DNA of 59,520 nt, the filler included, from Stramenopiles sp. TOSAG23-2 (lineage: Eukaryota): NCBI GenBank assembly GCA_900128395.1. It is 6 parts of 6 records of this genome, joined end to end, with 100 filler letters (N's around TTAATTAATTAA, not from the genome) between each part and the next. Parts side by side here need not be neighbours in the genome. Positions count along the whole stretch, not along the records: positions 9,955 to 19,800 come from LT650066.1; positions 19,901 to 29,738 come from LT650067.1; 4 more parts are not named here. One strand, written 5' to 3'. The notes under the pieces were generated by a model, which ran no database searches, was not told where the DNA came from, and worked only from the letters and a program-made list of their open reading frames with translations. Shown one piece after another: positions 9,985 to 21,732 of this stretch. Made by a program: the position numbers and the translations under genes. Position 1 is the first letter of the stretch. Every line of letters starts with the position of its first letter.

Positions 9985-12900
9985 ATGCTAGAATGAACTT
10001 TTTTGATACATATAGAGATACTAGCTTAAAACGAATTTTTCGAGGATCAGAAGAAGAAATGATAACAATTATAGATCGTCCTATATCCCCTCGCCGAACA
10101 TACATTGATGAATGCCATCATATGGCACTTTCCCCGGAACCACTATTTGTCAGAAAGAATGATCGAAATCGTTCTTTAAATTTATCGCATTACAGTCTTG
10201 GAAATTTAAAAGCAAATGCATTAGCAAAATCATTGTCCATGTTGCCTAATTTACATCATTTAAACTTATCAGATTGCCGAATTAAATCATTTGCTATGGT
10301 TAATATTATTAAATCCATACAAGATCGTTCAAAGTTAGATACATTAGTATCTTTAAACCTATCACATAATGGTTTGAATTTAAAAAGTGCCAAGTTATTG
10401 TCCGATATTATTGGAGGGTCGAAAGACGCTAAATGTCAATTAAATCATATTTTGTTAAAAGATTGTAGTATAACAGATCAAATAATGAAAGTTTTATGTA
10501 AAGGATTGAAAAAAAATGAAAGCTGTACTGCTTTGAATTTGTCAAATAATAAATTAGGAAGCTTAAGTGGTAGTCATCTAGCATCGATTTTAGAATTCAC
10601 GGACGTCTTAACAGATTTAGACATTTCATGGAATAATATACGAGCAGAAGGTGCAAAAACGTCTGTCGAATCATTGCCAAAATCACAGATTATAAAATTA
10701 GATGTTTCCATGAATAGTTTCGGCAAATCTTCTGCAGCTGCGACATTTGGAAGGGTGTTGCCAAAGACATTAATAGAATGTTTAAATTTAACCGGTAACT
10801 TGATTGACTCATTTGCCACCTGCATATTGATGAATGGCGTGGTCTTTCATACAAAATTGAAAAAATTAATTCTTTGTAAAAATACGATTGGTAAGTTGGG
10901 TATATCTTCCGTTTTAAGGGCGTTAGATCATGTCTTCCAAGATCATACGCGTCATGACTTAGTTATAGATTTAGAAGACACTGCTAGCGATATACATGAA
11001 AGTTTTTCAGGCGGCTCCCAAAAACTAGCTCAATTTGATTTCACTGAACCTGCTGGATCTTACGAATTGTTTTTAGATAGACCGGAAGAATATGCACTAG
11101 CTTGTGAAATCTTGCGTGTAGCAAATTCTAGAACTGGATGCCAATTAAACAAAGTATTATATGCAATGCCTGGTAAGAAAAAGTTTTCCAAAGTGAAGCT
11201 ACGGAGGGAAGATTTTGGAAAAAGAGATGCAATGATGGGACGACCAGTCCCGATTGTACATATTGATACTGGTAAACCATTTGAAATACCTCATGAAGGG
11301 ACATTAAAATGCAAACTAAAACTCATGGAGCATATGCCGAAATTTTTCAATGCTGTTAGCAAAGTTGGGTTTAAAGAATTGCATGCCATAATATCGGAAC
11401 CTCAAGGTGCTTTGAATCGCATTTCAACATTAAAAGCTGCTTGTGAATCTTTTTTTTTTAATTATGAGCAAGCCGAAAATCTGTTAGAATGTTTTCCTGA
11501 GGATGATTGGCATGAAGTTGCACCTATTATTCTAATGCGCACATGCATTTCTGACCAAGCTGACGAAATGTTTGAACGACATCGAAGCATCTTAACAGGA
11601 AAATATGCTAAATTTGTACGCGTCATTCCAACAGATCATTATGAATTGGATCTGGCAGATAATTTGCAACGACATCTTTGTATGACACTGATACGGATTA
11701 GTAATGACGAAAATATTTTAGCATTGCGCGATGATGATTATCAAGACTTGAGTCAACATGGTGATAAATCTAGTTTCAGAAATGTCAAATTGGATGATAA
11801 GGATTATAAGTTAACAGCATGGTTTGATGAGAATAATCATTTACCACGAAAAGGATATTTAACATTTGATTTTGTTTCTCGTACTATGGCAGCATTGGAC
11901 TCCAAACCAATCACAGAAGAAGAAGAGGAAGAGCTACTATCAGAGGATGTAATTGATGATGCGCTAAAATTTAGATTCTGGTTAAGGACGAGATACATTA
12001 CTTCGGAGCAATTGAGGAAAGTTATTTTAAAATTGCCAAAACCTGAAGATTTTATGACATTGAATCAAAAAATTGAAGGTTTGTTTCATATTTTAGATGA
12101 TGATGATGGTGGTGAGGTTGACAAATTAGAAGTGATGAAAGCTATATTAGAAAATCCTGACGTTGGTGATTTTATGTGTCAGATTCCAGAGCTAGAACCA
12201 CTACTGGAGCCGAGAACGTTTGGCCCTGCCTTTGATGCAATTGATCAAGATGGAGGCGGAAGTTTAGATATAGATGAGTTCAAGCAAATGTGTGGCATTG
12301 CAACAGATATAGCAGAAGTTGCAGAGCAGATGTTCGAAGCAGATAGTGACGATGAATGGGACGAGGAAGAAGATGCAGAATTGCGTGCACGTTTGCAACA
12401 ATTAGTTGCAGATAAGTTAAATGTGGCAGCAAAAGGTGCCCGAGAAAGAATGAGCGCAGGATCGTTAGACGAACAGCTAGATGCTGTAATGCATATGTTT
12501 AATGATTGCGATATCGGTAACAAGGAGTACTTAACGCCAGAGGAATTTTCTGAGTTAAGTAAAAATTTAGGTGTGATTTTAAGTCCCAGCGAGTTGGAGA
12601 CAGCTGTCGAGGAAATTGATGAAGATGGAAATGGCCAAATTGAAGTTGATGAGTATTTAGATTGGTGGGGAGATGAACGACTTATTGAATTATACGAATT
12701 AAGATGCGACGCGCTGGAAAATGGTAAGCCGTATAAACTACTTGGCAAGAATTATAAAGGAACCGATGAGCAACGATTAGCATCTATAAGAAATTTGTTT
12801 AATCATCAAGATATAGGCAATAAAGGATATTTAGAACCTGAAGAATTTGGTAGATTGTCGTTAGAATTAGGTGTTCGCTTAGGTCCTGCAGAACTTGCAA

Positions 12901-14353
12901 GAGCAGTAGAAGATATCGATGAGGACGGAAATGGACAAATAGAAGTTGATGAATATTTAGAATGGTGGGGCGACGAGGCTTTGGCACAATTATACATAGA
13001 TCAAAAAAATGCATTGGAGGCTAAAAAGCCATATCGTATGATGGGGAAGAGCTTAAGCAAAGGAACGGCCCATGAACGATTTTCCATTGTAAAGCATTTA
13101 TTTGATATGTTTGATGTGGGTGGAAAAGAATATTTAGAGCCACAAGAATTTTCACAATTATCAGAGGAATTAGGAGTACATCTATCACCATACGAATTAA
13201 TGATAGCAATAGAGGAAATTGACGAGGACGGTAATGGACAAATAGAAATAGATGAATATTTAGATTGGTGGGCTGATCAGGAATTAATTGAATTGTTTGA
13301 AAGTGGCGAGCATGTGCATTCAAGTGAATTTGCAGCTGAATGGTTTGAGGCCAGGGAAAAAGAAAAAGAGGAATTGCGTAAAGCAGTGGAAGCGGAACAT
13401 GAAGCAGAATTAGATAAGATTGGTGGTAATGACACTGCGTGTAGAGCCAATAGATACATGCAGGCTAAGGAGGCTGCTGAGAAAAAAACTGATCGTATTG
13501 ACTACATCGTCGCAGCACATTCACGTGTTGTCGATATGTACAATTTCCATGTTATATGGGAACATTTAAGCAAGAGTGAGCAATTGTCGATGATGAATCG
13601 CTTAGGCTGGTTGAATACGTTTGATCCAGTAACACCAGAACGTCGACACTATTTAAATTTAACTGTAAGAGAAGAACGTGTTATTACTATGATGCTTGTT
13701 CGCTTAGCAATGGTAGAACCAGGTGAAAATTGGTTACATGAACATTATTTTAATCCAAATTTCAGGCCAGGATGGGAGCTGCCATTGACTTGGGCTAAGG
13801 ATGCCTGCCTATATGGAGTGAACGCATTAAATTACGGAAATATACGTGTATACCAATATCCGCACCTTTACCAGAAGGTGTTGAATATGATATGGATAGT
13901 ATTTTAGGGTATCCTATGTCATATACGGCATTCATCCGCTTAGTTTCTACCCAAGAAAATTTATTAGAAACATTGAATCATGCGATGGAGGTTAATGAAG
14001 GCTTTTACCAAAAATTGAAATATGAAGATGAAGATAATGATGATACCAACAACAATCAAAGTTCATCAAGTGAATATGAAAGTACATCAGAAGAGGAGGA
14101 TGATCTTGAGGATTTGCATCATGATGTTACGAAATGGAACCCATCTACACACGAGGAAAAACGATTTTATCATATGATTATGAAATACAAGAAAAATATC
14201 AGTAGTGCTGACGAAGATATGGACATGGAGCAAGTGTTGCAAGTTGAATGGAATTCATTTATTAAAGAATACAAAGCTGAGAAAGAAAAGCATCCAACTT
14301 TAGCTGCCGTTTCTAAACGATTTGATAAATTATTTGAAAGTTTAGATTGGTAG
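9985..14353 (+). CDS. 5'-partial large LRR (ribonuclease-inhibitor-like) + 8 EF-hand protein, with an apparent frameshift near 13799
   Basis: LxxLNLSxNxL repeats in the N-terminal third; EF loops DDDDGGEVDKLE, DQDGGGSLDIDE and three pairs D.G.K.YL.P.E / DEDGNGQIE.DE; a second frame is open 13799-14353. Confidence 0.8.
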
Positions 14354-14807
14354 AGAAAAAGTAGAGGGAGAGAGAAAAAGACGATATTTATTCTAGTAAA
14401 AAGAGGAACACATTTAAAATATGCCTATTGATATTATTTTAATTTTTATAAAAATATATATATGCATCAGAGAATTTTTTATATGCATCATATGCATCAT
14501 ATAAAAAAAATATGCCTACTTTACGAGTAATATTTAACACTCTAATGATAGGGGACTTTAAAATATTATAAAATATTATAATAATTCTCTTATTTATTAA
14601 TTTAAAAAGAGATTTTATTTACTCCAATTATAAAATATATATATTTTATATTCGTATGTTCGTATTTGTTTTGAAAAAAGTCTCACCCTAGACCCTAGAA
14701 ATAGGGTGTGTGTGTGTTGTGTACATACAAAAAATAAGACACGTGCCGTGTACGCGCGTAGCTTTGATCCTCTGTAATGTATGATATGTCTCCCTTTATA
14801 AAAAATA

Positions 14808-16409
14808 TTATTGCTTCCATATTACCAATGGTGGTCGATCACATTTCATTTGATGGCTCCAAGATCCATTCTTGGTATCCCATGGTAGACGCGAAACGAC
14901 TTTCCCCTTCAATTTACTAACAAATAATGTAGGCTTGCCTAATTCCCAATCTTCAACACCCCCAAATTTCTTTTTCCGCGCAAGTGCATGCCCTTCTAAT
15001 GCTAAATGTGAATTCTGACAATCATATACAACTTGATCAACTGTTGGTATATGCTTGATGTTGGTACGTTTTAAAATAAATATACGAGCTCTAATTTTTG
15101 AAAATAACATGAATGAAAATTTCAATTGAACATTCCACAAATCGCATAGTTTTTGTGTTATATTATCATTTATTATTTTGTTGGCATTTCTTTCTTCAAC
15201 CTTTGCTAAGCATGATCTTATGATATTTTCATTTTCGCTGCTAGTTAAAATTACAGCTCTTCCATTTTCACGAATAACTCGAGCCATTTCAAGCAAAATT
15301 TTCGGATACAACGATAAATTATTTTCAACAGTGCCAAATTTTTTTCCGTATGGTAGATCAACAGCAATTTTATCAACGGATTCAGCTAGCAAAGGTATTC
15401 TATATGCTGTATCGGCATTAATTAATGAAATACGATCTAATAGAGTAGCATTGGAAACATTTAAATATGCCGCTTCAAGTTGTTTTGTATTTATATCACA
15501 ACCAATAAATGTAGATTGATTTTTCCAATGCAATGCTGCTTCAATCAAAATATTACCATGCCCACACATCGGATCTAAAATAACATCTGATGCTTCTATA
15601 GATAACGATTTCGCTATAGCCCATGAAATAGATGGGTGTAATCCACCAGAACTAGTTTGCCAGCTTCCATGACTATATTTATCGCTTTGAATGAAAATTG
15701 GGATACTTATAAATAATAACACCTTCTCATTTTTGTCTTTATCTTCTTTATTAGTAATAGTAATGAAATGAATATTAATTGTAATATCATAATTTTCAAA
15801 ATTCACTTTTAATATATTTGAACATGTTTTTTCTATATGTATTCCAAATAATTTTGATATAAAATTAGAAGAAAAAACAGTTTTCCCATTAAAACGCAGG
15901 CGTTTTGAAATGCATTTAAAGGTAAGTTGATGCTTTTCATGAATTGTTTTACATAGTAATTTACAATAATTAATATTATTAACAAGTGATTCCTTGAATG
16001 TTGTTGTTGTTGGATTATTATTATTATTATTTTCTATGATATATTTAACAGTATTTTCAAGTTTTGTTACATCCTTTGTTTTAATAATATCTATTTCAAG
16101 TTCAGTTTGAAAAATTTCCAAATGTATCGATTCAAACAATTTTGCTTTGATTAATCGTTTGCAAATAATATCTTTGAAATCAGATGTATCTTTATTAAAA
16201 TATATAGTAAAAAATACTTTACCAATAATTATTTTTGTACATTCAACGTGGATTACATTATTCTCATTATTATTAATTATTAATATTTCAATAAGTTCTT
16301 TTGATGCTTCTTTTGCATCATGCAAACCAGGGCGCGATACAATTGCTACCATGGGTATTGAACACGGTAGTCGGGTATTGTTATTATTATTATTTACAAA
16401 TGTAGTCAT
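14808..16409 (-). CDS. THUMP-domain m2G RNA methyltransferase (THUMPD2/THUMPD3 family)
   Basis: THUMP-like TFKCISKR...LKVNFENYD; SAM motifs LDPMCGHGNILIEAA, GCDIN, DLPYGKKFG. Confidence 0.85.
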   Translation of the reverse strand: MTTFVNNNNNNTRLPCSIPMVAIVSRPGLHDAKEASKELIEILIINNNENNVIHVECTKIIIGKVFFTIYFNKDTSDFKDIICKRLIKAKLFESIHLEIFQTELEIDIIKTKDVTKLENTVKYIIENNNNNNPTTTTFKESLVNNINYCKLLCKTIHEKHQLTFKCISKRLRFNGKTVFSSNFISKLFGIHIEKTCSNILKVNFENYDITINIHFITITNKEDKDKNEKVLLFISIPIFIQSDKYSHGSWQTSSGGLHPSISWAIAKSLSIEASDVILDPMCGHGNILIEAALHWKNQSTFIGCDINTKQLEAAYLNVSNATLLDRISLINADTAYRIPLLAESVDKIAVDLPYGKKFGTVENNLSLYPKILLEMARVIRENGRAVILTSSENENIIRSCLAKVEERNANKIINDNITQKLCDLWNVQLKFSFMLFSKIRARIFILKRTNIKHIPTVDQVVYDCQNSHLALEGHALARKKKFGGVEDWELGKPTLFVSKLKGKVVSRLPWDTKNGSWSHQMKCDRPPLVIWKQ

Positions 16410-17094
16410 CGTGCTGTGTTATATTAAATACTACTAAAAAAAACTACCAACCATATGCAGTTTGTTTTATTCACACACATATGTTAAAAAACATATATAT
16501 GATGCAATATAATAAATCTACGGAAACAAATAATACGGTCATTATTATTATTACCCTACCATAAATTAATGCCATTTGGTAGGAAATTAATGCCATTAAT
16601 TTATACTTGACGTGAAAATTAGAATACTGCAGTCGTCACGATTCCTTCAATATCATTAGCATCAACATATTTTTCATCTTCTGTGGAAGGCTGACTTTCT
16701 AAAGAAGAGCGTGTTGATGCATAATGATATGTTCCTATTATTATTAGAATTATATTTATTCGATTTTTAACAACATTTGTTGCCTTAGCACCTTTCACTT
16801 TTTATACAATAGTACATAGTGTTAAAAAAATCGTTCCTTCATTCCCAGCGTATAGGCATCATCAAGTGCCATAAATTACTTTAATAACATGTTTACTTAT
16901 ACTGTAAATTTAAATTAATTAGTCGAGGACGAACATATACAATGTACGATTCTTAATATATCATATGTAATATAAGAATAAGAAATAATATATATATATA
17001 TATTCTTTTTTTTTTTTCGTTGTGATCTTTTAATTTCTGTGTTGTTGTTGTTATTGTTGGGTGATATATATATATATATATATTTGTTTGAAAT

Positions 17095-19383
17095 ATGGGT
17101 GCTAGAGGTAGTAAAAGAAGAAGAAATTCTACAAATAATAATAATAATGTTGTACCAAATATGCAAAATAATCCACAACAAACAGGAGGTCAAGGAAGAA
17201 ATAGCTATCCGGGTATGGCGCCACGAAGGCAATCAAATTCACAAATGTATGTAGTTACAATACCACAAGGTGTTAATCCAGGACAAAATTTTGCTGTGAT
17301 GTTAAATGGTCAACGTCATATATTTCGATGTCCACCAAATGCATCAGCAGGTTCACGTGTACACTTATCAATACCAACTGGTGGTAATAATTCACAACCG
17401 AATAATAACAGCAGTGGAACAAACTTAATGCGTCGTGGTACTTCAAATCAACCACCAACTAGGGCGCCTACTGGAGGTCAACAACGATATCGTGTTGTAA
17501 TTCCTCAAGGCGTTCGACCTGGGCACAATTTTGCCGTTGTCGTGAATGGTCAACGTATGGTTGTCACATGTCCTCCCAATGCACATGCAGGGCAAACAAT
17601 TGAAATTGTTGTCGGTGGCGCTCAAAACAATCATCATAATATGTCCTCAAGAGATTTAGGTTTTACGAATCAAAATATTGGTCAACCGGCCGTCAACCGG
17701 ACGCAACGATATCGTGTTCGCGTTCCTAGTGGCGTTCGTGCAGGGCAACGCTTTCGCATCAATGTTGCTGGAAGGTTATATGAAGTTGTTTGTCCACCTA
17801 ATGCAAATGCAGGGCAACTATTGGAGTTAGAATTACCAGCCATGACACAAGAAGGTTTATTAGCTGATTCTGGAGACAAATTAGATCAATTTTTAGCACA
17901 AGAGAAAAAGAAGGGTGGTGGGAAAGGAGGGAAAGATGATTTCAGGAGAGAATTGAAAGATGGCAAAGTTGTTTGGGTTGCCGAGGCTACAGCTATCGAT
18001 GGTAAAGATGGAGGAGAAGGAGGACTTAAATCAGATCTTGTTGTTGCATCTGCAACTGCTGTTGGTGGTGGTCTTGTTCGACAATTATCCGAAAATGGCA
18101 CGATCTCGTTAGTAAGAGCATCGGAAGCAGAAATGGATATGAAAATTCATTCATGGCAAGGTGTAATTGAATTGGATGGGCAACAATTAATCACTGCATC
18201 GGCGCAACCATTAAGTAAAAAAATAGGATTCTTTTGGGGCATTTTATCCTCACGCATGAATGTACCGTGGGAGCAAGGTCATGTTAAAATTGAAATAAGA
18301 CGACAATCCATGTTAGAAGATAGTTTAAATGCATTTCAAAAATTACGTGGACAAGATTTCCATAAAATATTTCGTTTTAAATTTGTTGGTGAAGAGGGTT
18401 TGGATGCTGGAGGCTTAGCCAGGGAATGGTTTACATTAGTTGGGAAAGAATTGTTTAACCCAGACTTTGGCTTATTTTCCCATACCGGTGTTGGTGGAGA
18501 AGTAGTAATGATTAATCCAAACTCAGGGCTTGCAAATGAACATCATTTGCAATATTTCCGCTTTGCTGGACAATTTATGGGAAAAGCATTGTTTGACCAT
18601 CAAAATATCCCGATACATTTAATCATGGTCATGTATAAGCATATGTTGGGTATGCCGATCACAGTAAATGATTTAGAAGCGATTGATTACAGCTTGAAAC
18701 AAGGCTTAATACAAATGAAAAAGTTGGAAGATGTAAGCGTAGTTGGTGAAGGTTTTGTTGTTACTGAGAAAATTTTTGGTGCAAACGTACAAAAAGAATT
18801 AAAACCAGGTGGGAACGACATAGATGTAACAAATGATAATTTTGATGAATATGTTGAATGCATGGTTCGTTACTATTTGATGGGACGTATTGATAAGCAA
18901 TTGTCAGCTATGCTAAAGGGTTTTTATGAAGTAATTCCATCTGTCCTCTTGTCCGTTTTTGATTTCCAAGAATTGGAATTAGTTTTGTGCGGTTTGCCAA
19001 ATATTGATCTTGATGATTGGGAACAAAATACAGAGTATAGTGGTGATTATAAACGTCGAGGTCGATCACATAAGGTTGTGAAATGGTTTTGGAAATTAGT
19101 TAGAGAGGATAAAGATTTTTCAGATGAAGAGCGTGCGAGACTGTTGCAATTTGCCACTGGTACTTCTCGTGTACCTGCATTAGGTTTTAGAGCATTGCAA
19201 GGACGTGATGGTGATATACGTTTGTTTACCATTGAAAGTTGTAAATTGAAAGAAAGCGTTTATCCACGTGCACATACATGTTTTAATAGGATTGAATTGC
19301 CGTTGTACAAATCATATGATGAATTAAAATCAAGAACCATGGATGCTATACAAATGGAATTGACTGGATTTGGTATGGAATAA
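17095..19383 (+). CDS. HECT E3 ubiquitin ligase (NEDD4-like HECT) with three N-terminal ~42-aa repeats
   Basis: GEEGLDAGGLAREWF, LLQFATGTSRVP, catalytic PRAHTCFNRIELP; MGARGS myristoylation-type start. Confidence 0.93.
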   Translation: MGARGSKRRRNSTNNNNNVVPNMQNNPQQTGGQGRNSYPGMAPRRQSNSQMYVVTIPQGVNPGQNFAVMLNGQRHIFRCPPNASAGSRVHLSIPTGGNNSQPNNNSSGTNLMRRGTSNQPPTRAPTGGQQRYRVVIPQGVRPGHNFAVVVNGQRMVVTCPPNAHAGQTIEIVVGGAQNNHHNMSSRDLGFTNQNIGQPAVNRTQRYRVRVPSGVRAGQRFRINVAGRLYEVVCPPNANAGQLLELELPAMTQEGLLADSGDKLDQFLAQEKKKGGGKGGKDDFRRELKDGKVVWVAEATAIDGKDGGEGGLKSDLVVASATAVGGGLVRQLSENGTISLVRASEAEMDMKIHSWQGVIELDGQQLITASAQPLSKKIGFFWGILSSRMNVPWEQGHVKIEIRRQSMLEDSLNAFQKLRGQDFHKIFRFKFVGEEGLDAGGLAREWFTLVGKELFNPDFGLFSHTGVGGEVVMINPNSGLANEHHLQYFRFAGQFMGKALFDHQNIPIHLIMVMYKHMLGMPITVNDLEAIDYSLKQGLIQMKKLEDVSVVGEGFVVTEKIFGANVQKELKPGGNDIDVTNDNFDEYVECMVRYYLMGRIDKQLSAMLKGFYEVIPSVLLSVFDFQELELVLCGLPNIDLDDWEQNTEYSGDYKRRGRSHKVVKWFWKLVREDKDFSDEERARLLQFATGTSRVPALGFRALQGRDGDIRLFTIESCKLKESVYPRAHTCFNRIELPLYKSYDELKSRTMDAIQMELTGFGME

Positions 19384-19648
19384 AAATAATTAATTTTATT
19401 TTATATACGAAGTAATAAAAAATTGAAAATATTTGAGAGAGAGAGAAGAGAGAGATTTAAAAAAAATTCTTTTTTAAAAAAGGAAGTCGTAGTTTTTTTT
19501 CTCTCTGTTTTCAAGTGTGTACAGTAAAAAAGATTAATTTTGTACGTACACACATGTAATATCACTTTGTGTGGTGTTATCTTTTTTATCATCTTCCATT
19601 ATTTTATAAAATACTCACTTTTTCTCTTTGAAATATAAATATACATCA

Positions 19649-19800
19649 TCACTGATCTAATTGTGCTTCAATGCTTTGTTTATATTGCATTTTTACTGCA
19701 GCGTCTTTTAACATCGTTGATCTAAATTTCTTTGTTAAATTATCTTCATAGTCTCGTTTCTTTACATCATACTCTTTATTATTGTTTACATTACCTTCCT
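19649..19800 (-). CDS. 3' end of a gene entering from the contig edge
   Basis: open frame EGNVNNNKEYDVKKRDYEDNL...IEAQLDQ* from the edge to TGA at 19649-19651. Confidence 0.5.
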
Positions 19801-19900
19801 NNNNNNNNNNNNNNNNNNNNNNNNNNNNNNNNNNNNNNNNNNNNTTAATTAATTAANNNNNNNNNNNNNNNNNNNNNNNNNNNNNNNNNNNNNNNNNNNN
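19801..19900. other. artificial contig linker
   Basis: N44-TTAATTAATTAA-N44. Confidence 0.98.
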
Positions 19901-20080
19901 GAGCGTAAAAATTTTATTATATTTTTACATATATGTATACATTTTTTTTAAAATTTTTACTCTGGGCTGATTATATTATATAATACTCGCGAAGTATGAT
20001 AAAAAATATATTTAATATATACGTATATGGTTACCTTCATTTGGTATTCTCGATTGTGAGAATATCAACACACTAGTGTG

Positions 20081-20145
20081 AGATAGATTATTTCAGTTAT
20101 GATATTGTATTCTTTTGAAGAGTAGGAATTATCATGAGTAAATTA
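20081..20145. repeat. dispersed repeat related to the unit at 34533-34756
   Basis: shared AGATAGAT...CAGTTA...ATTGTATTCTTT..G.AGAGTAGGAATTATCATGAGT.AATTA. Confidence 0.75.
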
Positions 20146-20260
20146 AAACAATTCATAAATTATGCGTAAATTAAATATATATATGTGGTTAAAATGCTTT
20201 TTATATAAATATCATTACTCGTGTATTACTTCATATATATATAATAAATAGAGAGATATT

Positions 20261-21211
20261 TTACAAAATACTACATGCTATACTATTTATTTGCCCACCA
20301 CCTTTTCGTCTTAATGATATTGAATTCTGAAATACAATTAACATTGCCGTCATATTATCTTTTGATCCTAAATTTAAACAATGATCTAATAATTGATTGA
20401 CAACGTTTTCTATGTGATCTGCATCTATTTCATTACGCGTGCCACGAAATTTACGTCTAATTCGATTTCTAACAAAAGTGCATGCTTCTTGATTAGACAT
20501 AACATCCCAAATACCATCACATGCTAATATTAAAAATTCATCTTCCACATCATCTCGATTTTTTTCAAAAATTTCTGGTGAAGCAGATACTAAAAATTTA
20601 TTTGGTGGTTTATTTGTATCTTTGAAATTAAAATCTCCCAATGCTCTGGAAACTGCTAAAATTCCATTGACACGGCCATTCATCACGTGCCCGCCATTTT
20701 CTTCAATACGTTTTTTTTCGTTTTTTAAATTTGGTTTGTGATCATGGGTTGTTAATGGTATTGCTCTTCCTTTTCTACACAATACAACCCTTGAATCGCC
20801 AGCCCAACCAGTTACAAATTTGTTTTCATCATATATACATACACAGGCTGTCGTTCCTGCATTTTTTTGGGCATTTGTTTTAGCTTCTTCAAAAATTGAA
20901 CGGTCTATATTTAAAAAGCTTTCTTTAATTAATTCTGCAAAAAAAGTGTCACTTGAAAGGGCAGACAAAGATTTATTGGACGATAATTCTTTCATGGATT
21001 TGACAAGGTGTTTTTTTAAAAATTTAGCTGCAAAAGTACCACCATGGCCATCGAAAACACCAAATATGCCGTTCGCTTTTGCTGGAAAAGCAGTTTTTAC
21101 AATATGTTCATCTTCCTGTTCGGCACGCCAACCTTGCATATTTGATACTGCATAGACAACATCATGAAAAGTACCTGACTCAACCTCTTTTTTTGTTATC
21201 GGTGAATACAT
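20261..21211 (-). CDS. protein phosphatase 2C (PPM family) with C-terminal CaaX
   Basis: MQGWRAEQED, FDGHGG, GDSR, DHKP, LAVSRALGD, LACDGIWD, GSKDN; ends CSIL. Confidence 0.95.
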   Translation of the reverse strand: MYSPITKKEVESGTFHDVVYAVSNMQGWRAEQEDEHIVKTAFPAKANGIFGVFDGHGGTFAAKFLKKHLVKSMKELSSNKSLSALSSDTFFAELIKESFLNIDRSIFEEAKTNAQKNAGTTACVCIYDENKFVTGWAGDSRVVLCRKGRAIPLTTHDHKPNLKNEKKRIEENGGHVMNGRVNGILAVSRALGDFNFKDTNKPPNKFLVSASPEIFEKNRDDVEDEFLILACDGIWDVMSNQEACTFVRNRIRRKFRGTRNEIDADHIENVVNQLLDHCLNLGSKDNMTAMLIVFQNSISLRRKGGGQINSIACSIL

Positions 21212-21732
21212 GTGTTATATACTTTTGTACTTCTGGATTTGTATGATCAAATACATAAATAACACCTACCCTCGTTTTCCCATTCAGGATTGAAATATCC
21301 AATTACATTTGCACTTTATAAATGTGGTATACAACTGATATTAATTGAAATAATATGTGAGTTTGCCACAACATAAACAGTACATAGTATCCATATTACT
21401 AGTAGTTATAACAGGTGTATAATATTAGGGCTAATAATGCTGTATTAAATAATAACAGATTTTGTTGCACCCCCCTGGCACCATCTTGCTCTTTCGAATA
21501 GCACAGGCAGAAGAAGAAGAAGGTTGTAGATTTATACTGTATATACATATATATATCTATTAATATTATGTGAAAAAAAAAAAAAGTAAAAGGGGCTTTT
21601 TTTTTGGTTGAATCTATACATATAATATAAAGATAGGAAATGTTAATACATTTACAAATGGAACAAAACATTTCTTTTTATCAATAATTACCGACACCAA
21701 AATCGATATATTTATATTATTATCATACCAAT

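Noticed and set aside
16620-16800. ~60-codon open frame on the minus strand
   Set aside because: No ATG or recognisable motif
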